Source: Torpedo marmorata
Taxonomy: Eukaryota
Reading direction: 5' to 3'
NCBI GenBank assembly: GCA_977017645.1
Contig: OZ360228.1
Coordinates: 97,030,001-97,094,000 of the forward strand
Length of the DNA stretch: 64,000 nt
Every line of letters starts with the position of its first letter. The stretch's first letter is position 1. The translations under genes and the position numbers were made by a program. Of this stretch, positions 22,981-34,110 are shown piece after piece. The notes beneath the pieces are model-generated. The model did not search any database. It was not told where the DNA came from and saw only the letters and a list, made by a program, of their open reading frames with translations.

Positions 22981-25900
22981 TGTGGTAAACCACTATAGTA
23001 TGTATATATGTATTGTGGGCTGGGGCAAGTCTGACCATGACCTGTCTGTCTGTCCCGGTGACTCCTCCCCCTTTCCCCTGGAATAAAGGCCTTGAGCCAT
23101 TGACTCCACCCACAGTTCCGGGACAGTCCTGCAGGGATCACCAGGTCAAGTGTAGCTTAGCCCTGGCCTGATTTCTGGTATTAAAAGCCTATTGATTTCC
23201 TGCACTTCCTGACTCGCGCTAGTCATTGATAGGTACATCAATTTTAATACCAGATCTCAATCTGATGGAGAATTTTCTGAGGCCGGACAAGCTGGACATC
23301 GACCCCCTGGCCCAAGACGCCGCAAGTGACTTTGAACTCTGGCTACGCTGCTTCGTAGCCTTCCTGAGGTCGACCAGAGCGGTTACCAACGAGAATAAAC
23401 TCGACATCCTCATGTCCAGGGTAAGCAAACGGGTGTATGGCACTGTCAGAGACTGTGATACCTATGAGGATGCCTTGGAAGCCCTCCGAAGACTGTACCT
23501 GACGCCGGTGAACGAAGTTTACGCGAGGCACAGGTTATCGCAACGGCACCAGCGACCCGGAGAGTCGATCTCTGAGTATATCCAGGACGTGCAGCTCCTG
23601 GTGCGGGCGTGCGATTGCCGAGCCCTGATGGCTGAGCAACACGCTGAAATATTGGCAAGGGACACTATCATTATGGGGCTCAGGTCGGTTTACATTCGCC
23701 AGCGATTGCTGGAACACGCCGACCTGACCCTGAGATCTACCGTCCAGACAGCCCTCACGCTGGAGTCGGCGCTCAGGAACGCTGACGCTATGCAGGCGCA
23801 GCCTGCCTCGTGGATCGCCCCAACCGCCAGCCCTGCAAGCAACGCGACGGCCGCTGCCGTCTACCGGGACCCGATCGCCGCCGCCGACGCTATCCGTGAG
23901 TTGGCCGCTGCCGCCGCTACCCGGGATCCCGCCGCCATCCGTGAGTTAACCGCTGCCGCTGTTACCCGGGAGCCCGAGAAGTGTTACTTCTGTGGGCTCG
24001 ACAAACACCCACGTAAGCGCTGCCCGGCCCGAGACGCGACTTGTTCTAGCTGCGGCAAGAAAGGCCACTACGCAAAGGCCTGCCGCTCCAAGTCGCGTAC
24101 GGGTCCGAGCAGCGCCGCGAGCGAAGTAAGGGAGCGGCCATCTTACCTGTCGTCACTTCCGGCGGTGACCTCGTGCGAGGAATGGAGGCGGCCATCTTGG
24201 CCTTCGGCATTTCCGGTATCGACACTTCCGGCACGGCCATTTTATAGCCTCACCGCGGCACTTCCAGCACTTCTGGCGCCGCCATCTTGTAGCGACACGT
24301 GCGACCTACGGGAGCTGCCATTAGCGTCGGATCAAGACGGCTCGTCGGATCAAGACTTCGTCCCGACCCTGGCATCCGTGACGCTGGATCAAAGCGCGCC
24401 CCATCAGCTGTCCAGATCGATGATGGACATATTAGTTGAGGGGCATAAGACTACCTGCCTGTTCGACACAGGCAGTACTGAAAGTTTTGTTCACCCAGAC
24501 ACCGCCCAGCGCTGTGGCCTCACAGTTGTACCGGTAAGCCAGAAGGTGGCCATGGCGTCTGGAACTCACACAACAGACATCCGGGGGGGTTGTGTGGCGA
24601 ATATAGTAGTGCAGGGCACGGAATATCGCGGGTTTTCATTGATGGTCATGCCCCGCTTGTGTGCTCCTGTATTGCTGGGACTGGACTTCCAAAGCCACCT
24701 GCGAAGCGTCACCATGCACTATGATGGGCCCCACCCTCCGATCGTAGTGACCAACCCCCAGTACTTGAATAATACGCCCCAGACTACCTGTGGTCTCTCC
24801 ACGCTGAAGACCCAACACCCGCCACTTTTCGCCAACCTGACCCCTGACTGTAAGCCTGTAGCAACTAAAAGTAGGCGATACAGTGCAGGGGACAGGGCAT
24901 TCATTAAGGCGGAAGTGCATCGTCTACTGGGGGAAGGGATCATAGCACCCAGTAACAGCCCCTGGAGAGCTCAGGTAGTCGTAGTGAAGAACGGGGCTAA
25001 GAGCCGGATGGTGGTGGACTATAGCCAGACCATTAACCGGTTCACGCAACTGGATGCCTATCCGCTGCCAAGAATCGCGGATATGGTCAACCAGATTGCG
25101 CAGTACAAAATATTTTCCACCATTGACCTAAAATCGGCTTACCACCAACTTCCGATTCCCCTTACCCCCAAAGCCCTTAAACGATGCCTCGGGTTCTTCT
25201 CGTATTATGCGCAGTGGGTCCCCAACTACGCGGACAAAGCCCGACCCCTCGTCAAATCCACCAAGTTTTCCCTAGCAGCGGAGGCACGTGAGGCCTTCGA
25301 CCTCATAAAAGGGGACATCGCCCGAGCAGCTACTCTCAACCAGGCGGGAAGACCGGTAGCGTTTTTCTCCCGCACCCTTCAAGGCCTCGAAATTCGGCAC
25401 TCCGCGGTAGAGAAAGAGGCCCAGGCCATAGTTGAGGCTGTTCGGCACTGGAGGCACTATCTCGCCGGAAAACATTTTACCCTGCTGACGGACCAGCGCT
25501 CCGTCGCATTCATGTTTAACAGCCAGCAGCGGGGTAAAATCAAGAATGATAAAATCACGAGGTGGAGAATAGAACTCTCCACCTACAATTACGACATCCT
25601 TTACTGGCCCGGGAAGCTCAACGAGCCCTCCGATGCTCTATCCCGGGGATCGTGCGCCAGCGCGCAGATCGACCGAGTATACTCCCTACACAACGACCTC
25701 TGCCACCCAGGAGTCACCAGGCTGTTCCACTTCATCAAAGCACGGAACCTGCCTTACTCCCTGGAAGAGGTCAGAACCATGACCAGCAGCTGCCGAGTCT
25801 GTGCGGAGTGCAAACCGCAGTACTACCGCCCCGACAAAGCACAGCTGGTCAAGGCCACCCGCCCGTTCGAACGTCTCAGTATAGACTTCAAGGGCCCCCT

Positions 25901-27185
25901 TCCCTCCACGAACCGCAACGTGTACTTCCTTAATATCATCGATGAGTACTCGCGGTTCCCCTTTGCCATCCCCTGCCCTGATACCTCGGCGGCTTCGGCT
26001 ATCAAAGCCCTCCGCCAGGTATTCACCTTGTTCGGGTTCCCCAACTACGTCCATAGCGATCGAGGATCCGCGTTCATGAGCGAGGAGCTGCGGCAGTACT
26101 TGCAGACCCGAGGCATCGCCACCAGTAGGACCACGGGGTACAACCCGCGGGGGAACGGACAGGTGGAGAGGGAGAACGCCACGGTATGGACAGCTACACT
26201 ACTGGCCCTGAAATCAAAAGGGTGGCCAGTGGCCCGCTGGCAGGAGGTTCTCCCGGACGCCCTCCACTCCATACGATCCCTCTTATGTACCGCCACTAAC
26301 GCTACCCCTCACGAACGTCTCTTTTCCTTCCCCAGAAAATCGACCACCGGAACTACCCTCCCTGCCTGGCTGACGTCCCCGGGACCGGTGCTACTCCGCA
26401 AACATCTTCGGAGTAGCAAGTACGAGCCCTTGGTCGAGAGGGTGCAGCTGATCCACGCGAACCCGCAGTACGCATTCGTGGTTTTCCCCGACGGGCGGGA
26501 AGACACGGTGTCAATACGGGACCTGGCGCCTGCAGGAGCGTCAGAAGAGGTCCCCGACAGCGGGAACGCCGGGTCACAGCTGCTCCCTCCGCCCCATTCG
26601 CCTCCCAGCACGGCGGGTACAACGCCCCAGCCGGAGCTGGAAGAGCCACAAGCCAGGCAGGAGGCATACCTGACCCAGACCCACCCTACCCTCGTTCCAC
26701 AACCACAACCATCACCGCAGGTATTATGTGCCCCCGTTCCACAACCACAACCATCACCGCGGGTATTGCGCAGGTCACAGCGGCGAACCCGGCCGCCGGA
26801 TAGACTCAATCTGTAGATGTGATGGTGACTATCTAAATAATCTGTGTATATTTGTGTGATCTTTAATTACGGTATCCACTTCACCCCCCCCCCCCCCGTC
26901 GGACTTGTTCTAAAAGAAGGGGTGAATGTGGTAAACCACTATAGTATGTATATATGTATTGTGGGCTGGGGTAAGTCTGACCATGACCTGTCTGTCTGTC
27001 CCGGTGACTCCTCCCCCTTTCCCCTGGAATAAAGGCCTTGAGCCATTGACTCCACCCACAGTTCCGGGACAGTCCTGCAGGGATCACCAGGTCAAGTGTA
27101 GCTTAGCCCTGGCCTGATTTCTGGTATTAAAGCCTATTGATTTCCTGCACTTCCTGACTCGCGCTAGTCATTGATAGGTACATCA
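22981..27185 (+). mobile_element. Mag-like Gypsy provirus with both LTRs (22981-23240 and 26927-27185), 5 bp TSD AGGGA, internally deleted pol
   Basis: TG...CA LTRs of 260 and 259 bp differ by one substitution and one 1-bp indel on my reading. PPT AAAAGAAGGGGTGAA at 26912-26926. AGGGA lies on both flanks. Confidence 0.97.
23265..26816 (+). CDS. gag-pol: Gag-protease-(deleted RT/RNase H)-integrase polyprotein in a single open frame
   Basis: Two CCHC knuckles (CYFCGLDKHPRKRC, CSSCGKKGHYAKAC), protease LFDTGS, RT start through IDLKSAYHQ, integrase HHCC and D-D-E (IDFKG, SDRG, GQVER). First ATG after the LTR is at 23265. Confidence 0.93.
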   Translation: MENFLRPDKLDIDPLAQDAASDFELWLRCFVAFLRSTRAVTNENKLDILMSRVSKRVYGTVRDCDTYEDALEALRRLYLTPVNEVYARHRLSQRHQRPGESISEYIQDVQLLVRACDCRALMAEQHAEILARDTIIMGLRSVYIRQRLLEHADLTLRSTVQTALTLESALRNADAMQAQPASWIAPTASPASNATAAAVYRDPIAAADAIRELAAAAATRDPAAIRELTAAAVTREPEKCYFCGLDKHPRKRCPARDATCSSCGKKGHYAKACRSKSRTGPSSAASEVRERPSYLSSLPAVTSCEEWRRPSWPSAFPVSTLPARPFYSLTAALPALLAPPSCSDTCDLRELPLASDQDGSSDQDFVPTLASVTLDQSAPHQLSRSMMDILVEGHKTTCLFDTGSTESFVHPDTAQRCGLTVVPVSQKVAMASGTHTTDIRGGCVANIVVQGTEYRGFSLMVMPRLCAPVLLGLDFQSHLRSVTMHYDGPHPPIVVTNPQYLNNTPQTTCGLSTLKTQHPPLFANLTPDCKPVATKSRRYSAGDRAFIKAEVHRLLGEGIIAPSNSPWRAQVVVVKNGAKSRMVVDYSQTINRFTQLDAYPLPRIADMVNQIAQYKIFSTIDLKSAYHQLPIPLTPKALKRCLGFFSYYAQWVPNYADKARPLVKSTKFSLAAEAREAFDLIKGDIARAATLNQAGRPVAFFSRTLQGLEIRHSAVEKEAQAIVEAVRHWRHYLAGKHFTLLTDQRSVAFMFNSQQRGKIKNDKITRWRIELSTYNYDILYWPGKLNEPSDALSRGSCASAQIDRVYSLHNDLCHPGVTRLFHFIKARNLPYSLEEVRTMTSSCRVCAECKPQYYRPDKAQLVKATRPFERLSIDFKGPLPSTNRNVYFLNIIDEYSRFPFAIPCPDTSAASAIKALRQVFTLFGFPNYVHSDRGSAFMSEELRQYLQTRGIATSRTTGYNPRGNGQVERENATVWTATLLALKSKGWPVARWQEVLPDALHSIRSLLCTATNATPHERLFSFPRKSTTGTTLPAWLTSPGPVLLRKHLRSSKYEPLVERVQLIHANPQYAFVVFPDGREDTVSIRDLAPAGASEEVPDSGNAGSQLLPPPHSPPSTAGTTPQPELEEPQARQEAYLTQTHPTLVPQPQPSPQVLCAPVPQPQPSPRVLRRSQRRTRPPDRLNL

Positions 27186-28394
27186 AGGGAAAAGGGCCAA
27201 ACACAGGTAAATGGGACTAACTCAGGTACGCAGCTTAGACAGCATGGATGAATTGGGCCAAAGGGCCTGTTGCTGTGTGCATAACTCTATGATCACAAGG
27301 CCAAATAAAATCTGATTTACAGAATAAAAAACAATACTGTGCATAAAGGTTTTTAAATGACCAGTATATATTACTATATACTTGCTGCAGTTCTTTAAAA
27401 AAAACATGATAACAGTCTCCAACTTAAAAAGAGCAATGATCATCCTTATTTCATCTTCTAAAAATGTAAGCTATAAATTTGAAATAACTTGGTACTTTTA
27501 AAAATTTTGGGACTGTTCATTATTTCCTCTGAACAACTTCCATGCAAACTTGATGTGACTGCAGCAGATATAATTTCAAACAGGAGAACGTTGCTGCTAC
27601 ATCTTGTCTCAAATAATTTAAATAACACACAAATGCACTTCTCAATTTTGTCATGTATATTTTCTTTTGCCCAAAGATCCTTGTTCTAAAAGGTATGCAG
27701 AGGTATGTTTAGTTGTCAAAGCCCAGTTAGCTTAATGCTTGAGATAGAAAACTGCCAAAAACAGTAAGTCAGAGATTCTAATACTGTTATGGTAGACAAT
27801 CAGCATGGACAGAACTGGCCTCCTCTTGTGTTGTAACCATTCTAACATTCAAAGAAAACTAATGGTAATTTGGACAAAAATACAGTAATTAAAAAATCTA
27901 ACATATGTTAAAGACAAATTATGCTTAACTAACATGGCTATGATTTTTTAATGAGGTAATTGATGATTAATGAGGACAATGCAGTTAATTTTGTACATGT
28001 GAATTTTCAAAAAGCATTTAAAGTGCAACAATTAATCAACAAAATTAAGCTGAATATTAATTTGCTCAGGGAAGCTGAAATAAAGAACTGAAAACAGAAA
28101 ATGTGGGCATCTTTGCATAGGGTTAACATCTTGGTTCAATGTCTTTTCATCAGCATTCTGTAGAGAAATGTAAAGTAATACACTTTAGTATGAAGAACGA
28201 TAAAAGCTAATGGAATAAGGGTATAATTCTAAAAGCACCGCTGGGATGGAGAATCTTGGGCATAAAAGTGCATAAATCTTTGAAGGTAGATGGACAGGTT
28301 TATGACACAGATTGACAAAATATATTGGATCCTGTGGTTGATATATAAATGGAAAAAATACCAAAAAAAAGGTGAATTTTAGAAACTGCTGGTT

Positions 28395-29904
28395 CATAAA
28401 CTGATAATAGTCGATAAAGGAACCCCAAATATTAGTAAATTTTAGGTTTAATTTAATATTTGAACATCTAATCTTTTCTAATGTTAAATAGGACATTAAA
28501 CTTGATAGCCAATCTTCATATATAGGAGGATTACCATCCTTCCACTTTAGCAAGATCTGTCGCCTTGCAACCAGAGAAGAAGAAAAAGCAACCGCATGTT
28601 TTTGATTATTAGTAAGATCATGATTACTAGGATTTTTTCTACCAAATATTGCTATAAATGGATTTGGATCTAATTGAGTAGCTAAAACCAAAGAAAGAGT
28701 ACAAAAAATTTTGTTCCAAAATCTAACTAATTTAGGGCACAACCAAAACATGTGAAATAATGTACCTTCATGAACATTACATCTATCACACATAGATGAT
28801 ATATTTGATGAAAATTTAGCCAGTAAAGATTTTGAGTAATGAGCTCTGTGAACTACTTTGAATTGAATTAAGTTATGTCTTGCACATAATGAAGAAGTAT
28901 GGATACGGTCCAAAATATTGGACCACACTGAAGGTGAAAAAACTTCTAAAAAATCTCTTTCCCAAGCCTCCTTTATTTTATCCACATGCTGTATCACATT
29001 TTCTTTTAAAAGGTTATAAAATACTGACAATGGTTTTGGTATATCAGGAGTGATAGTAAAAACCTTTTCTATGATTACTAACTTTAAATCTAAAGGAAAC
29101 TCTAATCTCAAGGAATTTATAAAATTCCTAACTTGAAAGTATCTAAAATAATTGTTTCTAGATAAGTTATACTTATTAACCATCTGTTCAAAAGTAATAA
29201 AATTAGAATCTATAAATAAGTTTTTAAATGAACATATACCGTGATCTTGCCAAATCTGGAACCCTCTATCCCCACTAGCTGGGGTAAAAAAGGTATTGAA
29301 ATTTATTGTACTATTGAGCAAGAAATTAAGGAAATTATTTGCTTTTCTGAATTGGAACCATATTTTTAACGTTTGTTTAACTATCTTATTATTAGAAATT
29401 TTGGAATATTTAAAAGGTGAAGGCATTCCTAATATGGATACTAACGAATGTTTACCTATAACCTTCATTTCTGATTTCATCCATTTAAATCTTTCTTGAT
29501 AATTCTTAAAATGTATCCAAATATTAATAAATCTAATGTTAGCAGCCCAATAATAATTCCTGATGATTTGAAGTTATATTATTTCTACAGGTCAGTGCAA
29601 TTCTGGGGTGGGGGTAGGTGGTAGGCTAGTTTAGATTGCTTTAGCTTTTATAAAAAAATGTATTATGATAAAATTACTATATTATCTTTTTTTTGTGGCT
29701 TGGTTCTTTTTATACCTATTGGTATTATAATACTAAATTGTAAAGAAAAAAAATTGATATATATCTGTAATGTATACTCATTATGGATGGATTAATGGAA
29801 CATGTGATAATGCATTTCTTTGTTTTTTTTCTGTAAACGTGTATAGTGAATGAACTGTTATATCCATGATTTTATGGAATTAATAAAGAGATTTAAAAAA
29901 GAAA
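28395..29904 (+). mobile_element. 5'-inverted, truncated L1: inverted ORF2 C-terminus 28395-~29560, sense 3' UTR and A-rich tail ~29560-29904, 14 bp TSD
   Basis: AGAAACTGCTGGTT at 28381-28394 and 29905-29918. Minus-strand ORF carries CDRC...HMFWLC; plus-strand part ends AATAAAGAGATTTAAAAAAG. Confidence 0.9.
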
Positions 29905-30119
29905 AGAAACTGCTGGTTTGGTTGTAAGTAGTCAATATCTGGAATTCACTATGTGAAAGTAAGGAGGATGAAGAATCAAACGAACAGATTTGGGTATACA
30001 TTCAAGAAAAATGTGGAGCTTCTGGGAGATGAGATTACCTGGATTGCTCTTGTGAAGACCTATTAAGGATTCTATTGGCTGAAAGTCCTCAAGTGCTGCA
30101 ATGATTTAATAAAGTAATA

Positions 30120-30924
30120 CAGGGACATAATCTTTTATCCGAAACCCTTGGGACCAGACACTTTTCGAAATTCGGAATTTTTCGGACAATAGAATAATAG
30201 TAACGTTAAGTAATTGCGCTGATTTCAGATTTGCGCACAACAAAGACACACTCCAACTAGAAGGGTCTCTGGACTGGTGGGGGGGGGGGATGAGGGGTTG
30301 CGGCAGCGCTGGGTGGGGGGTGGTAAATGAAGTGAGATAAAGATAGATCATAAAGTTACTAGCGTACTTTTTATTTTTAAGTCAAACATACAGTAAAACT
30401 TCAAACATAAACTGGCTCAAACTAAGCTAACACCTGAAAATATGGTGACCATCGTCTTCAGATTGGAGTCTTTTTAAAGACATCTTCCAGTGTCATTGGG
30501 CTCCTGGGCAGGAGCGGGGACCGTAGTCAGGGACCGGCGGCGGTTGGGAGGTGTCGGGGACCGGCGGCCATCCGCATCAAAGAAGTTGCTTTGGGCTCCC
30601 GGGCAGGAGTGGGGACCTCGGGCTCCCGGCAGCAGCGGGGACCGTAGTCGGGGACTGGTGGCGGTGGTTGGGAGGTGTCGGGGTCTGGCGGCTGTCCGCA
30701 TCGAAGAAGTCGCCTCGGGCTCCCGAGCAGGAGCGGGGACCTCGGGCTCCCAGCACGTCTGACTGGTAGGAGCTCTGAGACACGGCACTGGATGGGGGTG
30801 GGTCGTGTCGGGTCATGTTTGGCGCCAAATGCGAGCTTTGATGTGCAGGCAACATCCATGGAAAAAATGTTCGGTTTTCGGAGGTTTCGGTTTTCAGAAT
30901 TTCGAATAAAAGATTATGTACCTG
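30120..30924. mobile_element. Non-autonomous Tc1/mariner-superfamily (pogo/Tigger-like) MITE with TA TSD
   Basis: TA|CAGGGACATAATCTTTTATCCGAAA ... TTTCGAATAAAAGATTATGTACCTG|TA (25 bp TIR, 2 mismatches); no transposase ORF. Confidence 0.88.
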
Positions 30925-31189
30925 TATTATCAACCAAAGTTGAACATATCACTTGCAAGATGCATACTTGTTTATTCTCCCACCACGTATTGTACCAGCT
31001 ACCAAATAACCTGATCTTTTGCACCTAGTGGTGTAGCCTTGCACAGACATAATGAAAGTAACTGGAGGCAAAACTTTCCAATTCTTTCCCTAATTTCCTT
31101 GTGGGGAAACTTTCACCATGTTCCACTTAAGAAATTGTGAAATTAGCTTGCAGAAATTATTAGATGCAAGTTAAAGTGCACCATAAGCT

Positions 31190-32440
31190 TGTAAAATCAT
31201 ACAGCAGTGAAACAGGCTTTTCAGCCCAACTAATGGATACCCTTTTGTATGAACTCTATTACCCAGCAGTTGGTTCATAGCCCTCCAGAAGGTCTAAGTT
31301 CTCAGCTATACACTTCTTAAAGGCTGTCAAAGACCCAGCTTCAATCATTCTCTCAGGCATTGCATTCCATGAACTTAGCACTGTCCAGGTGAAGAAGGTT
31401 CCTTTCATATCTCCTCTGAATCCCTTCCCCCTTATCCCAAATCTGTCGCCTCCAGTTTTATCTACCTCTGATATAGGGAAAAGCTTCCTGCAGTATATTC
31501 CATCTATACTTACAATTTTATAAACTTCAATTGTGTCCCCTTTTAAACTCCTCCTCTCCAGGGAGAAAAACGAGCTTCTCCAGTCTCTCCTCGTAACTAA
31601 ACTACGGTACTTAATGCTGCTGAATTTCCTTTTCACTCTCTCCAGCACTATCACCTTCTTCCTACACCTTGGCAAACAGAATTGCATGTAGTATTTCAGT
31701 TGAGATCTGACAAAGATTTAAGTTGGAGCATAATCTCCCTAGTTTAATATTCAATGCCCTGACAAATGAAGGCCAGTATCCCATATGGCTTCCTAACCAT
31801 GTTGTCTCTCTGTGCTGCCATCTTCAATAACCTATGGACGTACTCCAATGTCCCCCAATACTCTCTCAGATCCTACCATTCATGGTGTATGTCCTAGCCT
31901 CATTAGGGCTCCCAAAATGCATCATCTTACTTTTTTGATTAATCTCCAACATTTATCAGTCCATTTCATCAACATCTCTCAGCAGTTTAAGACTATCTTT
32001 ACACTTGCAAAACTCCATCAATCTTAACATTATCCATGAACTTACTGATCATGCCTTCCACCCCCACATGTATTCATTCATGTATATTACAAGCAGCAAG
32101 GGTCCCAGCAATTACCCTTGTAAAACACCACTGTCACAGGCACCATTAGTCTAGGTATCAGGTTGCCAAGCCAATTTTCCATCCAGTTTGCCAACTTACT
32201 CTGGATCCCTTGGGTCTTAACCTTTTGAACCAGTGTCCCATGTGGGACCTTGTCAAAGGCTTTAAAGAAGTCCATAAAAATCACATCACCTCCTGCATTT
32301 TGTTACCTCTTCAAAGAATTCAATCAAATTGGTCAGATAAGATCTGTCCTTAAAACCATGTATGTCACTCTTTAGTCCCTGCCTTTCCAAGTGATCATTA
32401 ATCTTTTTCAGAATTTTTTTCCAGTATATTCCCTACAACT
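31190..32440 (-). mobile_element. Decayed CR1 3' fragment
   Basis: MDFFKAFDKVPH and SLERRSLKGDTIEVYKI in minus-strand ORFs. Confidence 0.8.
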
Positions 32441-32824
32441 TTGTTAATCAGCTTTGTTAATATAAATTATTTTATTGATGCATTTTTATTTTTTTCCCAA
32501 AATGGATGGTTTTAAATTTAGAAACTACAGTAATTATTAATTAATAAGGAATATTTATTTTAAACAAATTGTTTAGAACTGGACAATGCAACTTTGGTGT
32601 TTGAAATTCTGCATACGCTCAATGATTAAAACAGAATTTGCAATTTGTTACAACATACACGTTCACTTAAAGTTTACCTTCATCATCTTCTTTTACCGGT
32701 CCACTGGCTAAATATTGAAATATGGCTAAATCTAAAATTCCTATTAAATAATAAAAATTACTGATCTTTCATGTGCACTATAAAAAATTTGCATTCTTCA
32801 GCAGAAACTTTGCCTTGTGTATAC

Positions 32825-32897
32825 CTGGGTCTGTTCTTAGGACAATGCTCCAGTTGCCTCCATTCACTAACTCCAACATTGTATATCCATGCATCAC
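32825..32897 (-). CDS. KLHDC1: KLHDC1 coding exon (73 nt)
   Basis: tttcttccag | (S)DAWIYNVGVSEWRQLEHCPKNRP(R) | gtatac. Phases 1 and 2 join the 113 nt and 85 nt exons in frame. Confidence 0.93.
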
Positions 32898-33104
32898 CTG
32901 GAAGAAATAAAGAAAACACTACTGTCAAATTTAAGCCACCAATTAACCAAAGTCATCATTATAATTAACAATGCACAAAAGTTGAAGAGAGACGTTGCTA
33001 CACCTGGTTGTAACAGGTTATTATTTAGATTCAGAATTAGACTTAATACATTATTTACAAGACAAGAAACATAGCCAGGAAAACCAGTACTTGGAGTCAA
33101 ACAG

Positions 33105-34110
33105 ATTAACAGCACGAAAACAGGCTGTTCAGCCCAACTTGCCAATGCTAACCAAATTATCTACCCAAGCTAGTCCCATTTACCTTAATCAGCCATATCT
33201 CTACAAACCTTTCCTAACCACGTACTAGTCTAAATGTATTTTAAATATTACAACTGTACCTGCCCCTCAACATTTCCTCTGGCAATTCATTCCATATACC
33301 CAATACCCTCTGTGTGAAAAAGATGCTCCTCTGGTCACTTAAATATTTCCTCTCACCTTAAATCTATACCCTTTAGTTTCACGACCTGAGGCAAAAAAAA
33401 CTATGACTATTTACATTATCATGATTTTATAAGCCTCTCTAAGGTCCCACTTCATCCTCCTACGCTCAAGGGAGAGAAGTTTCAGCCTATGCAGCAGCTC
33501 CTTATAATTCAAGCCTACTGGCCCTGGTAACACTCATGAATCTTTTCTGTACCCTTTGCAGCTTAATGATAGCTTTCCTATAGCTGGATGACAAGACGAT
33601 GGTGAGATCACACTTGGAAACATTATTTTCAGTTCTGGTCATCGAGGTTTAGTTGGAAAATATGCAGAAAAGATTCAGAAGAATGGCAGGCTTGAATGAA
33701 TGGGAAAGATTGGTTAGGATGGAAATTTTCTCCAGGGAGAAAAGGAGGTTAAGGGAAACTTTATAGAGGTTTATAAAATCATGAGGGACAGATATAATAG
33801 TCATGTCTATTTTCCAGGGTAGAGGAATCTAAAATTAAAGGGCAAAGATTTAAGGCGAGAGGGAAAAGATTTAAAAGGGTTCCAAGCGGCACCTTTTTCA
33901 CAGAGGGTGGTGGCATATGAAATGAGCTACCACAGGAAATGGTAGAGGGAGATACAATTATAATGTTTAAAAGACATTTAGAGAGGTACAGGGAGAGGAA
34001 AGGTTAGAGGGATATGAGCTGAATGCAGATAAATGGGACTAGCTTGAGTAGACAGCTTGGTAATATGGACAAGTTGGCTGAAGATCCCGTTTCCATGCTG
34101 CATAACTATA
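33105..34110. mobile_element. Two old CR1 3' fragments joined head to head (minus ~33105-33595, plus ~33600-34110)
   Basis: Both carry the CR1 3' region (RGDLIEVYKIMRG-like coding remnant, AAATGGGACTAGCTTG tail) in opposite orientations. Confidence 0.7.

Larger units (their letters stand above)
21860..27290 (+). mobile_element. Old CR1 3' fragment interrupted by a SINE, a short LINE tail and the Gypsy provirus
   Basis: AGTAAGTTTGTGGTTGACAC (SKFADD-like), TGGCAGATGGAATTTAA and CACTTGGAGTATTGTGTGCA; 3' tail resumes at 27186. Confidence 0.75.

Noticed and set aside
23226-23264. ORF-track start at 23226 for the Gypsy polyprotein
   Set aside because: It is a non-ATG codon inside the LTR; the homologous start in the element at 415 supports ATG 23265.
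23850-23970. Ala-rich repeats in Gag and a 42 bp duplication at 26693-26770
   Set aside because: Ordinary in-frame slippage in low-complexity linkers; no evidence of a separate function.
30474-31028. Cluster of overlapping Pro/Arg/Gly-rich ORFs, as also at 58179-58846
   Set aside because: Explained by stop-codon scarcity in GC-rich MITE interiors; no domain recognised.
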